The notes below the pieces were generated by a model. It did not search any database. It saw nothing but the letters and a program-made list of their open reading frames with translations, and was not told where the DNA came from. Shown here piece by piece: positions 38,743-48,118 of a DNA stretch of 64,000 bases. The stretch is from Candidatus Multivoradales bacterium. GTDB taxonomy: Bacteria; Acidobacteriota; Thermoanaerobaculia; Multivoradales; J023. Position 1 is the stretch's first letter. Every line of letters starts with the position of its first letter. The DNA is taken from contig CBDFLE010000006.1 in the NCBI GenBank assembly GCA_965248925.1, positions 3,200,001-3,264,000 on the forward strand, written 5' to 3'. A program made the position numbers and the translations under genes.

Positions 38743-39465
38743 TCAGCCTTTCCGCGGCTCCGGTTTCTGGTTCTCAGGCTTAGGGTTGCTAGGTCTGGGG
38801 TTCCACAGTGCGACCTGGTCGAGGGGCTTGCGGTTCAGGTCAGGAACGGTGGCATCGGCGGCCGGGTAGCCTACGGGGAAGAGAATATAGGGTCGTTCGT
38901 TCTTGGGCCGACCAAGGATTACGCGCAAGAAAGCCATCGGGCTCGGGGTGTGGGTCAGGGTGGCGAGGCCCATCTGGTGAATCGCGGCGATGAACAGGCC
39001 GCAAGCCAGGCCGGTGCTCTGGGGCACGTAGTAGTTCTTGCGCTTATCACCCTGCTCATCGAAGCCGTAGAGCTCCTCGAAAGCTACCACGATCCAGGGT
39101 ACGGTCTCGAGGAAGGGTTTGCGCCAGTCGACCCCCAGAGGTCGCAGGGCCTCCAGCCACTCGGCCGGCATGCGTTCGCCGTAGCTCTTTTTTTCCTCGG
39201 CCTCAGCGGCGACGCGGATCTGCCGCTTGATCTGGGGATCGCTCACGGCGACGAATCGCCAAGGTTGACGGTGGGCTCCTGAGGGGGCGGTCGAAGCGGA
39301 TTGGATGGCCAGTTCGATCAACCGCCGAGGCACCGGCTGGTCGCTGAAAAAACGCAAGCTACGCCGCCGATCCATGTCGGCGTAGAAACGCTCGGCACGG
39401 CGCTGCATCTCGGACTCGGCCAGACGCTCTGGCTGGTAGGGGATGTGGGGATACCGAAAGGTCAA
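38743..39465 (-). CDS. Iodotyrosine deiodinase-like flavoprotein (nitroreductase superfamily)
   Basis: RRSLRFFS, APSGAHRQPW, EEKKSYGERM..EW..L.PLG..W.KPFLE lid, NYY, TLTHTP; TTG start with GGAG RBS. Confidence 0.88.
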   Translation of the reverse strand: MTFRYPHIPYQPERLAESEMQRRAERFYADMDRRRSLRFFSDQPVPRRLIELAIQSASTAPSGAHRQPWRFVAVSDPQIKRQIRVAAEAEEKKSYGERMPAEWLEALRPLGVDWRKPFLETVPWIVVAFEELYGFDEQGDKRKNYYVPQSTGLACGLFIAAIHQMGLATLTHTPSPMAFLRVILGRPKNERPYILFPVGYPAADATVPDLNRKPLDQVALWNPRPSNPKPENQKPEPRKG

Positions 39466-39526
39466 AGCGAAGACTCTCCAGCCGGTCGGCGGGGGGTAGC
39501 CAGGGTGTTCGCGAGTCGCGGCCGTA

Positions 39527-39646
39527 TGGGAAACTTCACAAGCTATTGAAAACAAGAGATTCTTGTAGGGGCGCACGGCGTGCGCCCAGTGGCTCGGTTA
39601 TCGAAACCGGGCGCATGTCATGTGCCCCTACACAATCCCTTGAGGC
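39527..39646. repeat. REP/REPIN-like element, copy 1
   Basis: GTAGGGGCGCACGGCGTGCGCCC at 39565 and an inverted partner ending CCCCTAC at 39631; flanks shared with 42391-42509. Confidence 0.8.
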
Positions 39647-39678
39647 TACTATCTTGCGAGCGAGGCGAGCTATGTTCT

Positions 39679-40746
39679 TCAGCCTTCTTGCTTGAGTTCG
39701 TCGTCGATGATCTCGGCGAAGCTCTCGAAGGAGGCGGCGCCGTTGATGAACCGGCCGTTGATGAAGAACGCCGGCGTGCCGCTGACCCCGGCTTCGGAAC
39801 CGGCGCTGAGATCCTCGTTGACGGTCTCGGCATAGGCTCCGCCGTCGAGGCAGGCATCGAACGCGGCGCTATCGACGCCCTCCAGGGCGGCAGCCATCTC
39901 TTTCAGGCTGTCGACGCTCAGGTTGCGCTGGTCAGCGAACATGGCGTCGTGCATCTCCCAGAACTTACCCTGATCGTTGGCGCACAGCGAAGCCTCGCCA
40001 GCCTTGCGGGCGTTGGCGTGCATGGCCAAGGGAAACTGACGGAAGACGATCTGTACTTTGTCGCCGTATTCTTCCTGAACCTTCTTCAAGGTCGGGTTGA
40101 CACGGCCACAGAAGGGGCATTCGAAGTCGGAAAACTCGACAATGGTGATCGGCGCGCCGTCGGGGCCCTTGCTGGGGCCGGTGGAGGCGATCTCGACCCG
40201 GAAGGGCTCCATCAGGTATTCGACCTTGTGGCTCTCTTCCAGCCGCTCGATCCATGACTGCATCGCTTCTGCCGGGCCCTGGTTCTGCAAGTAGGAGCGG
40301 ATTTGGCCTTCCACCTGCTCTTTGGGGCGGCCGATTTGAGCTTTGCGCTCTTCGTAGAAAGCGTCGATGTCGGCGTCGGTGATCGCGGCTACTTTGGAGG
40401 TGACCTCGGTTTCGATCAACTCGTCGCGGCTGATCCCGCGCTTTTTGGCCTCGGCTTCGATCAGCTTGTCCTGCACCTGGCTCTTGACTACGGAGGAGAG
40501 GATTTCATGGCGATCGCGCATAACCTTCATCAGCTGCGCGGCGGCGGCCTCTTCGACCTCCGCTTCAGTGATCGCGATGCCATCGACGGTGGCCAGCGCT
40601 TTGCTCATCGCGCCACCGGCGGCTTCTTGGGCGCTGACGCCCTCTGTGTCGCCGAGCATGTACCAGCCGAGAGCGGCGATGCCGAGGGCAGCAGCTAGCA
40701 GAACCAAGCGTTGCAGGGTGATTTGTCCACTGGATGGGTGACTCAT
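39679..40746 (-). CDS. DsbA-family (Com1/BdbD-like) thioredoxin with an N-terminal SurA-like region
   Basis: EFSDFECPFC, FRQFPL, GVSGTPAFFING; N-terminal TM. Confidence 0.9.
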   Translation of the reverse strand: MSHPSSGQITLQRLVLLAAALGIAALGWYMLGDTEGVSAQEAAGGAMSKALATVDGIAITEAEVEEAAAAQLMKVMRDRHEILSSVVKSQVQDKLIEAEAKKRGISRDELIETEVTSKVAAITDADIDAFYEERKAQIGRPKEQVEGQIRSYLQNQGPAEAMQSWIERLEESHKVEYLMEPFRVEIASTGPSKGPDGAPITIVEFSDFECPFCGRVNPTLKKVQEEYGDKVQIVFRQFPLAMHANARKAGEASLCANDQGKFWEMHDAMFADQRNLSVDSLKEMAAALEGVDSAAFDACLDGGAYAETVNEDLSAGSEAGVSGTPAFFINGRFINGAASFESFAEIIDDELKQEG

Positions 40747-40909
40747 CGCTTCTATTCTCCGAAAAGGTCGAAACTTCAGGACTCCAGCAGGACGAAAGGC
40801 TGCGAGCCGGAGTTGGGAATTCGAGCAGGCACACAAACGAAGGACAAACTCTATCACAATGACTCTGCCATTCCGCCCTTGCCACACCGCCTCCTGGCGG
40901 TCGGCAATG

Positions 40910-41749
40910 CTATTGGTTGCCAGCCAGGTGGCGACTGACCAGACCGTCGAGAATGCGGCTGTGGCCGATTCCTCGCAGGCGTAGGCGCGGAGCGTTGAGC
41001 AGTTCTTCGGCCAGGGCTAAGAGGCGAGCTCGGCGGTCGCCTTGATGATCTAGATGGCGCGCGCAGCGCACTACCGCGGCGGCGGCGGTTGCCCAAGGAC
41101 GTCGGGCGCGTGGATCTTCCCAGCCAGTGGCCCCGGCCAGCGCCTCGGCGGCGCTCAGCAGATGGATTGCGGCAGAGCCCTCGCGGTGAGCGGCGAGAGC
41201 GGCGGCGAAGTTGTTGGCAATGCTCTCTACGTGTTGCGGGTCCAGCTTCTCGCTGGCGCCGAGAAAAAGATTCAATGAGCGGCTGCGCAAGGTGGGCAGC
41301 AGGTCGAGCTGGGTGGCGGCGAGCAGCAAGAAGTGGCGCGGGGTGCGTTCGGGGGGTTCCTCGAGGAGCTTGAGTAGGGAGTCGGCGGCCTCACCGCTCA
41401 AGGTGCTGGCTTCGGCGACCACAAAGACCTGGCCGCGAGCTTCGAAGGGGGCATTGTAAGCCCGTTTTAGGAAGCGCTTGGTTGCGTCTGCCGAGGTGGT
41501 GGCTCTCAGGTCGCGCAACAGTACATTGAGGTCGGGGTGGAAAGGGCTGTTGGCCTTCTCGGGCCAGGCGACGCGGCGGCAGTGTTGGCATTCGCCGCAG
41601 GGGCGTGCCGGCGGTTCGGCGGCGCACAGCAGGGTCTGGGCCAGCTCGATCGCCTGGCTTTGCCGTTCGCTGGCGGTGCCGCCGTGCAAGATCACCCCAG
41701 GGTAGAGGCGCCCCAGCCGCGCCATCTCGATGGCAGCTGAGCTGCGCAT
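40910..41749 (-). CDS. holB: DNA polymerase III delta-prime subunit-like protein
   Basis: C..PCGECQHC zinc module, HPDL, ADSLLKLLEEPP, LPTLRSR; TGATG-coupled to tmk. Confidence 0.8.
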   Translation of the reverse strand: MRSSAAIEMARLGRLYPGVILHGGTASERQSQAIELAQTLLCAAEPPARPCGECQHCRRVAWPEKANSPFHPDLNVLLRDLRATTSADATKRFLKRAYNAPFEARGQVFVVAEASTLSGEAADSLLKLLEEPPERTPRHFLLLAATQLDLLPTLRSRSLNLFLGASEKLDPQHVESIANNFAAALAAHREGSAAIHLLSAAEALAGATGWEDPRARRPWATAAAAVVRCARHLDHQGDRRARLLALAEELLNAPRLRLRGIGHSRILDGLVSRHLAGNQ

Positions 41750-42402
41750 CAGCCAACCCCCAGGAGTTTGCCCAGGATCCCTTCGACCTGGCGCCAAGTT
41801 GCCCGCAAGCTACCGCTCGAATCTACTCGTAAGATGCGCTCTGGCTCGTCGTTGGCCAGTTCCAGGTAGCGATCCCGTACCCGTTCGTAGAAGTCCAGAA
41901 CCTCGGCATCGAGGCGGTCTACCCCGCCTTGGCGGTCGGGCGCGCTGCTGCGCTCCCGAGCCACCGTCAGGGGCAGGTCGAAAAACAGAGTGAAGTCCGG
42001 CTGCCGGCAATCGGTGGCCAGTCGATCGAGTTCTTCGATCCACCGTCGGTCGAGCCCGCGGCCTTGGCCCTGGTAGGCGTGGGTCGAATCGGTAAAGCGA
42101 TCGCAGAGCACATGCTGGCCGGCATCCAGGGCCGGTTCGATGACTTGCAGCAGGTGCTGGCGACGGCTGGCGAACACCATCAGGGCTTCGACCCGGCCGT
42201 CCAGCTCACCCCAACGGTGGTCGAGAAAAAGGGTGCGGATTTCCTTGCCGAGAGGGGTGCCACCGGGTTCGCGGGTGGTGCGAAAGCCCAAATCGTGGGC
42301 TTTCATCCACTCCCCGGCGCGCTGCAGGTGGGTACTCTTACCGCTGCCATCAAGACCTTCAAAGGTAATGAAGCGGCCGGTGTTAGGTCTCGGGAAATTC
42401 AC
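41749..42402 (-). CDS. tmk: Thymidylate kinase
   Basis: FITFEGLDGSGKST, TREPGGT, CDRFTDST.AYQG. Confidence 0.97.
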   Translation of the reverse strand: MNFPRPNTGRFITFEGLDGSGKSTHLQRAGEWMKAHDLGFRTTREPGGTPLGKEIRTLFLDHRWGELDGRVEALMVFASRRQHLLQVIEPALDAGQHVLCDRFTDSTHAYQGQGRGLDRRWIEELDRLATDCRQPDFTLFFDLPLTVARERSSAPDRQGGVDRLDAEVLDFYERVRDRYLELANDEPERILRVDSSGSLRATWRQVEGILGKLLGVG

Positions 42403-42598
42403 AAGCTATTGAAAACAAGAGACATTCGCAGGGGCGCACGGCGTGCGCCCAGTGGTCCGGTCATCGAAACCGGGCGCATGCCATGCGCCCCTACGCAACC
42501 TCTTGAGGGTACCTGAAAACCAAAATTTTTGTAGGGCGCACGGCGTGCGGCCAGTGGTCCGGTCATCGAAACCGGGCGCATGCCATGCGCCCAGTGGC
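42391..42598. repeat. REP/REPIN-like element, copies 2 and 3 in tandem
   Basis: Two units of GGGCGCACGGCGTGCG.CCAGTGGTCCGGTCATCGAAACCGGGCGCATGCCATGCGCCC at about 42428-42494 and 42531-42592. Confidence 0.8.
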
Positions 42599-43525
42599 TC
42601 AGTGATCGAGGCTGGCTAGCTGAACTGGCACTAGGCGCTCGGCTTGGTAGAGCACTGCATCGATGCCCCGTTCGGCGATCAGCTGCTCGATCTTGCGCAC
42701 CAAGCGAGTGCGTCGCTCTAGCAGGGTGCTGATTTGCAGCGGGCTGAGATAAGGCGACAGCCGAATGCGGACTTGGGCCGGCTCTAAGGCGCGCAAAGCG
42801 TTCCAGAACTGCTCGTCACAGATCTGGATGTTGGCGGCCCAGGGCAGTGCAGGAAGGGTCTTGAAGGTGCGAGTGTGGTCGACGTACCACAGCTTGCCCG
42901 AGGCATCGAAGAGCATGTTGCCGGTGTTGCGGTCGAAATTGTAGATCAGACTGTCGAATAGCGCCAATGCCTGCTTCTGTCGGTGCCAGGAGGCAGGTTT
43001 TTTCGGTTGTTGCTGGTTGGCGATACGGCGGCTTTCGGAGGTAGCGTTTTCGACCCACAGCTGGACCGAACCCCGCTTGCCGCCCAGGGTGCGCAAAGTT
43101 GCTGGCGGCACATTGTCGATGCCTAGCATTTGGCTGAGCTCGAAAGCGGCGACTTCGAAGATATAGCTGTCGCGTAGCTCGCGACGCTGCCGTGGCAAGT
43201 TGCGTTGATTGACTTTGTGATCGACAGTGCGAAAAATTGCGTGGGCGGTGATGCCATCGCGCTGCAAAGTCAGCTTGAGTGGTTTGTTGCTGCCGTCGTT
43301 CAGCTGCTTCTGGGTGATGATTTCGGCGTTGGCGAGAAACTCCACCGCCGCAGCGTTGGAGGTGAAGGGCAGCGGCTGGCCGTCGGCGTCGAGCCAGTTG
43401 GGCTGGGCGGCAGCGGTCGCGGCGCTCAGGGTCAAGATCAGGGTCAAGATCAGGCTATTCAGCAGCCAGCGGGCGGCGCTGGTGGTCCGGGTTTTTATCG
43501 TGGTCGAGAAGGCGAGAGAATGCAT
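42599..43525 (-). CDS. Secreted atypical kinase-fold protein (PI3/4-kinase / Fam20C / HipA-like)
   Basis: Signal peptide ending ATAAA; EVAAFELSQML, VPP, GSVQLW, DSLIYNFDRNTGN, YVDHTRTF. Confidence 0.75.
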   Translation of the reverse strand: MHSLAFSTTIKTRTTSAARWLLNSLILTLILTLSAATAAAQPNWLDADGQPLPFTSNAAAVEFLANAEIITQKQLNDGSNKPLKLTLQRDGITAHAIFRTVDHKVNQRNLPRQRRELRDSYIFEVAAFELSQMLGIDNVPPATLRTLGGKRGSVQLWVENATSESRRIANQQQPKKPASWHRQKQALALFDSLIYNFDRNTGNMLFDASGKLWYVDHTRTFKTLPALPWAANIQICDEQFWNALRALEPAQVRIRLSPYLSPLQISTLLERRTRLVRKIEQLIAERGIDAVLYQAERLVPVQLASLDH

Positions 43526-43710
43526 GATTCAAATCCCCGTCCAAGGTGTGCAGAAGGTGATTCGGCCGCAGCGGGAGTTGCCTCAGGTGAATCTTGCAGG
43601 GCCGAAAGGTCGCCATCAGCGACGTTCAATAGCTAATACGCTCGGTGCGGCAGGTTGTTCGCAAATCCGGGCAAAAAAAGCTCAAGAAGGTGTTGGCCGG
43701 GATAGCCGGT

Positions 43711-44931
43711 TCACCGACTGGGTTGGCCGGTTTGGACCGCTGTTGGAGGTTCGAGCAGCCTTTGTTCGAGGCCGACGTAGATCGCCGTGAAAGTACCGTG
43801 CTCGATCTCCAGAGCCGCTGGCCGGCCACCGGTGTAGACCGACGACAGCATGCCGGTATCGATCAGGAACACCCCGCCGTCGAAGCGGCTACGGATCGAA
43901 CGAGGGCGTTGCGGCGTGTGCCCCACCACCAGATGGCGGATGCCGAGCGCGTCGAGGATACCCGGCAACTCGCTCAGGCCGTGTTGGTCGCTCCAGCGAG
44001 CGTAGCCGCGAAACCACAGTGGCCCATCAGAGCGCACCGTCAACCATTGGTCGATGTCTAGCAAGTGCTGCCAGCCGCTGGCAGAGTCGGCCATCGGCTG
44101 GCCGCTTTTTAGCGCTGCCCGGGCCGCCGCCACCACCTCGCGCGCTGAGGAGGTGGGCAGTACCCGTTGCTGGTCGAGCAACCAAGCGCGGGCGCGGTCC
44201 CAGAGTTCGATCTCTTCGCGCACCTGGCGGTTGATCCGGTCGATGCCGAGGGCGGCCATCGCCGGATTGAGGCCGCCATGCAAGTAGACCACGTCCCCAA
44301 TTTGCACCGCCGCTGGGTGGCCGCGGATCCAGCGACCTAATCTACCCTCGGGGCCGAGCGCCTCGACGTAGTTGAGCAACCCTGGAGGGTGTTCCTCGAG
44401 ACAGCGGGCTCGGGCCTGCTTTTTCGACGGCACTGCCAAGCCCCGCCGTCGGGCGCTCTGCCGGGCGAGTTCGGGGTATGTTCGGCACACCACGGTGCGG
44501 CGCGCCTCAGAGCGTTCGTCGGCAAGTTCGTCGACGATCTCGGGGGTCACATCCCGCAGTTCGCCGATCAGGTTCAAGACCTCGTGATTGCCCAGTAACA
44601 CGATCACTTCGCCGCCGCTGGCCGGTGCTTGGCGTTGCAGGTCCATCAACAACTGGGCGGCGCGCAGGGCGCGGGCTCCGCGGTCGAGGTAGTCGCCGGT
44701 CTGCACCAGGATGGACTCGCCGCCGACCCATCTTTGGCGTCCATCGATCAAGCCGCTCTGGCGCAAGATGGTGACCAAGCCTTCATAGGCCCCGTGGATG
44801 TCGCCGATCGCCACCACCCGCCGCTCGCTAGGCTGAGACTGGGGCCGGATCGAGGTGCCGGTGGCGGCTCCGCTGTGTGGCAGAAGCAACCCGGCGAAGG
44901 CGGTGACTAGCAGGATCCTAGACCACTGCAC
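43711..44931 (-). CDS. Secreted PPP-family metallophosphoesterase (Shewanella-like phosphatase type)
   Basis: GDIHG, GDYLDRG, GNHE, HGG, GHT and IDTG motifs; signal peptide. Confidence 0.9.
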   Translation of the reverse strand: MQWSRILLVTAFAGLLLPHSGAATGTSIRPQSQPSERRVVAIGDIHGAYEGLVTILRQSGLIDGRQRWVGGESILVQTGDYLDRGARALRAAQLLMDLQRQAPASGGEVIVLLGNHEVLNLIGELRDVTPEIVDELADERSEARRTVVCRTYPELARQSARRRGLAVPSKKQARARCLEEHPPGLLNYVEALGPEGRLGRWIRGHPAAVQIGDVVYLHGGLNPAMAALGIDRINRQVREEIELWDRARAWLLDQQRVLPTSSAREVVAAARAALKSGQPMADSASGWQHLLDIDQWLTVRSDGPLWFRGYARWSDQHGLSELPGILDALGIRHLVVGHTPQRPRSIRSRFDGGVFLIDTGMLSSVYTGGRPAALEIEHGTFTAIYVGLEQRLLEPPTAVQTGQPSR

Positions 44932-45364
44932 GGCGCGTTTCTCCGGCCGCCGAAGCCTGGTCTAGTGAGTCTCCCAACAAGCGTCTGAAGAGAGCCTTGA
45001 CGATCTCGATGTTGTTCGACAGCAGGTCGAAAAAGTCGTCGGCGGAGATCTCCAACAGCACCGCGCCGCGGCTGCTGGCGTGCTCTCGGCGCAGCCTGCC
45101 GCTGAGAATCTCGCGCACGCCGAAGCAGTCGTACGTGGAGGCTTGCCGCTCGGCGCCGGTCTCAGCGCTCAGCGTGACCGCCCCTTCGACGATGCAGTAG
45201 AGGGCCTCTGGAGGATCATTGAGGCGATAGATCGAGGCGCCGGGCGGCAGCCGGCGCTGGTGGGCGATGCCGGCCAAACGCATCACCTGCTCGGCGCTGC
45301 AGAAGGCCAGCAAATCCGCTGACTGCAGATGGATGGCCATCTGAATGTGGGTAAGCTGCGACAT
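44918..45364 (-). CDS. Stand-alone cyclic nucleotide-binding domain protein
   Basis: IYRLNDPPEALYCIVEGAV..CFGVREIL..R cNMP barrel; overlaps the phosphatase start by 14 bp. Confidence 0.85.
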   Translation of the reverse strand: MSQLTHIQMAIHLQSADLLAFCSAEQVMRLAGIAHQRRLPPGASIYRLNDPPEALYCIVEGAVTLSAETGAERQASTYDCFGVREILSGRLRREHASSRGAVLLEISADDFFDLLSNNIEIVKALFRRLLGDSLDQASAAGETRRAVV

Positions 45365-45444
45365 TCGAAGTCGCTAGTTTATCAGCCTATCGAAGAGGGC
45401 GAGGGGTGGGGAGATTGGCGGCCGCAGCAGCCCAGCGGCGGCGG

Positions 45445-46110
45445 TTAGCGCCGGGCGGCAGTTGGCAAATAACTCGGCAAGGGTACCTCCGGGTCGAGGT
45501 CGGGAGCTGGCTGGGGTGTGCCGAAAACCAGGTCCAGCGGCAAGACCCCGCTCCAGTAGCCCAGCTGCAGATCCGACGCCTTGTCTTTTGGCGGTCCGCT
45601 GCGGACTTTGGCCGAAGCCTCCTCGATCGGTAATTCCAGCACCGTTGTGGCGGCGATTTCTTGCTCGCTAGCGGGTCGGGAATCGGCGCTCCGTCCGGCC
45701 AGCACGTGCTCTACGAAACCTGTCAGCGCACGGCTTTTCTCCGCCGGGTCGAGCAGCGGCCGGGCGCGTCCGAAGAGCATCACCGAGCGGTAGTTCATCG
45801 AGTGGTGGAATTGCGATCGCGCCAACACCAGGCCGTCGAGCAGGGTGACGGTGATACAGATTTCGATGCCCTCGCCAAGCTCGCGCATCATCCGGCTGGC
45901 GATCGAGCCGTGCAAGATCAGGCGATCCCCAGAGCGACCGTAGGCGGTGGGAATGACGAAAGGCTTGCCGTTGACGACGAAGCCGGCGTGGCACACCAAG
46001 CCCTGATCGAGAATGTCGTAGATCTGCTGGCGCCGATGGCTGCCGCGTCCTGGCTGGCTCCGTGGAGTGGTTCGTTGGGTAATTGGCAGCGAGGCGTTTG
46101 GGGTGCTCAT
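45445..46110 (-). CDS. Pyridoxamine 5'-phosphate oxidase-like flavin-binding protein
   Basis: CHAGF, PFVIPT, HGS.ASRMM, HHSMNYRSV, SAKVRSGPP. Confidence 0.9.
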   Translation of the reverse strand: MSTPNASLPITQRTTPRSQPGRGSHRRQQIYDILDQGLVCHAGFVVNGKPFVIPTAYGRSGDRLILHGSIASRMMRELGEGIEICITVTLLDGLVLARSQFHHSMNYRSVMLFGRARPLLDPAEKSRALTGFVEHVLAGRSADSRPASEQEIAATTVLELPIEEASAKVRSGPPKDKASDLQLGYWSGVLPLDLVFGTPQPAPDLDPEVPLPSYLPTAARR

Positions 46111-46131
46111 GGGGGTATCTTCTTCGCTCAA

Positions 46132-46176
46132 TTGGTTCTAGTGAAGATCCAATTCAGCATAAAATGACAGAACCAA
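46132..46176. promoter_or_regulatory. Inverted repeat, probable MocR/PdxR operator in the divergent intergenic region
   Basis: TTGGTTCT (46132-46139) and AGAACCAA (46169-46176). Confidence 0.55.
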
Positions 46177-46194
46177 AAAGGAGCCATCGCCACC

Positions 46195-47646
46195 ATGTCT
46201 TGGATCTCTAGCCTCAGTACCGAGCCCCTGCATCGCCAGCTCTACTATTCCCTGCGCCAGGCTATCTTGGCGGGTGGATTCGAACGCGGTTGCCGCCTGC
46301 CGGCGAGTCGGGCGCTGGCCGAAGAGCAGGGAGTGTCGCGCAACGTGGTGCTAGCGGCCTACGATCAATTGCAAGCGGAGGGCTACTTGCAGGCCCGTCA
46401 AGGGGCCGGGACCTTCGTCGCTCCGGTGCTGCCCGAGGAACTCTTGCGGGCGGCCGTCGGCGATTTTGGGCCACCGCCTGGTCGGCCACCGACGCCGCGG
46501 CTGTCGAGCTACGCTCGGCGCGCCTTGGCCGAGGGTATCGTCGAGCCTGAAGGAGCTTCCGCTCCGCCGTGTGATTTTCGCTATGGCGTGCCGGCGGTCG
46601 ATGCTCAGACCTTGGAGGTGTGGCGGCGCTGTGTCGCCCGCCAATCGCGCCGCCCGGATCTAGGCTATGCACCGCCGGCCGGCCATCCGGGTCTCAGGCG
46701 GTCCTTGGCGGCTTATTTGCGTCGCTGCCGCGGTGTTGACTGCCAGCCATCGCAAGTGCTGATCACCAACGGTTCCCAACAGGCTCTCGATTTGGTGGTG
46801 CGGGCGTTGGTCGATCCTGGCGACGTGGTGGCGATCGAAGATCCTTGCTACCTCGGCATTCGCCGGGTGCTCGCTGCTCAGGGCTGTGTTCTACGGCCGG
46901 CGCGGGTGGATGGAAGAGGACTCGATCCCGAGTCCATCGACCCGCGGGCGCGGTTGGTCTACGTCACCCCGTCCCACCAGTTTCCCAGTGGCGCGGTGAT
47001 GCCCGTCGACCGTCGTTTGGCGTTGCTAGATTGGGCGGCGCGAAGCGGCGGCTGGGTTCTAGAGGACGACTACGACAGCGAGTTCCGCTACCGCGGCCGG
47101 CCGCTGGCGGCTTTGCAGGGACTCGATCGGCAGGCGCGAACTCTCTATGTTGGCACCTTTTCGAAAGTACTTTACCCGGCATTGCGGCTCGGCTTCCTGG
47201 TGGTGCCGCCACAGTTGCTGGCGGTTTTCGAGGCGCTCAAGTGGCTGGCCGATCGGCACACCCCGATGCTGCTGCAGGCGGCCCTTGCCGACCTGTTGGA
47301 CCAGGGCCACTACGAGCGCCACTTACGCCGGGCGCGGGCGACTAGCGCGGCGCGGTTGAAGGTGTTGTTGGCGGCCCTTGACCAGCAATTTGGTGAGCGC
47401 ATTGAGATCGAGGGTGCCGATGCCGGGGTACACCTGGTCTTGTGGCTGCGTGATCTGGCGCCGGAGCAGCTGCCCGAGCGCATCGCCAGAGCGCGGCAAG
47501 CCGGACTGGGGATCTACCCGATCGCGCCTTACTACTGGCGGCCCCCCGATCGCGCCGGACTGTTGATCGGCTGGGCTTCCCTCGATGAGCCGACCTTGCG
47601 GGAGGGCGTGGCTCGCCTGGCCGAGGTGCTATCGTCGAGCGGATGA
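46195..47646 (+). CDS. MocR/GabR-family PLP-dependent GntR regulator
   Basis: RLPASRALA..GVSRNVV HTH; TPSHQFP, EDDYDSEF, GTFSK..PALRLG. Confidence 0.95.
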   Translation: MSWISSLSTEPLHRQLYYSLRQAILAGGFERGCRLPASRALAEEQGVSRNVVLAAYDQLQAEGYLQARQGAGTFVAPVLPEELLRAAVGDFGPPPGRPPTPRLSSYARRALAEGIVEPEGASAPPCDFRYGVPAVDAQTLEVWRRCVARQSRRPDLGYAPPAGHPGLRRSLAAYLRRCRGVDCQPSQVLITNGSQQALDLVVRALVDPGDVVAIEDPCYLGIRRVLAAQGCVLRPARVDGRGLDPESIDPRARLVYVTPSHQFPSGAVMPVDRRLALLDWAARSGGWVLEDDYDSEFRYRGRPLAALQGLDRQARTLYVGTFSKVLYPALRLGFLVVPPQLLAVFEALKWLADRHTPMLLQAALADLLDQGHYERHLRRARATSAARLKVLLAALDQQFGERIEIEGADAGVHLVLWLRDLAPEQLPERIARARQAGLGIYPIAPYYWRPPDRAGLLIGWASLDEPTLREGVARLAEVLSSSG

Positions 47647-48107
47647 GCGAAATCAAGAACATCCGTTTCATGCTCCGTTTGGCTTACCAGAGTGACGAAG
47701 CCTGGCATGGCCCGTCCTTGCGCGCAGTGCTCAACGGGGTTGACGCTGGCCAAGCCCAAGCGCGCCCCATCGCTGGGGCTCACTCCATCTTCGAGCTGGT
47801 GCATCACATCACCTTTGAGCGCCAGCGGGTTGCCGCTGCCATTGCCGCCGAGACCTTCGCTGACTGTGTTGTAGACGAAGCAGCATTCCCCGCCGACCCG
47901 ACGGTCGACGAAGATGCTTGGCAAGCAGCTTTGTCCGACCTCGAGGCTAGCCAGAAGCGGCTGATCAAAGAGCTGCGCCGCTTTCCCGACGAGCGTTTGC
48001 AGGAGAAAGTGCCGGGTCGGGACTACAGCTTCTACTTCGTGCTGCACGGCATCCTCCACCACGATATTTACCACACCGGCCAGATCGCGTTGCTGAAGAA
48101 GGGCTGA
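47643..48107 (+). CDS. DinB/YfiT-family protein
   Basis: WHGPSL, HSIFELVHHI, HDIYHTGQI. Confidence 0.9.
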   Translation: MSEIKNIRFMLRLAYQSDEAWHGPSLRAVLNGVDAGQAQARPIAGAHSIFELVHHITFERQRVAAAIAAETFADCVVDEAAFPADPTVDEDAWQAALSDLEASQKRLIKELRRFPDERLQEKVPGRDYSFYFVLHGILHHDIYHTGQIALLKKG

Positions 48108-48118
48108 GCAGCGAAACC

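Noticed and set aside
40910-41749. Degenerate P-loop in holB as pseudogenisation
   Set aside because: Delta-prime subunits normally lack a functional ATP site; the ORF and zinc module are intact
42391-42598. Possible CRISPR array
   Set aside because: Units are inverted palindrome pairs with near-identical internal linkers, not direct repeats with unique spacers; no cas genes
43427-43454. 12-bp tandem repeat encoding LILT-LILT
   Set aside because: In-frame two-copy repeat within a signal peptide; no sign of phase variation
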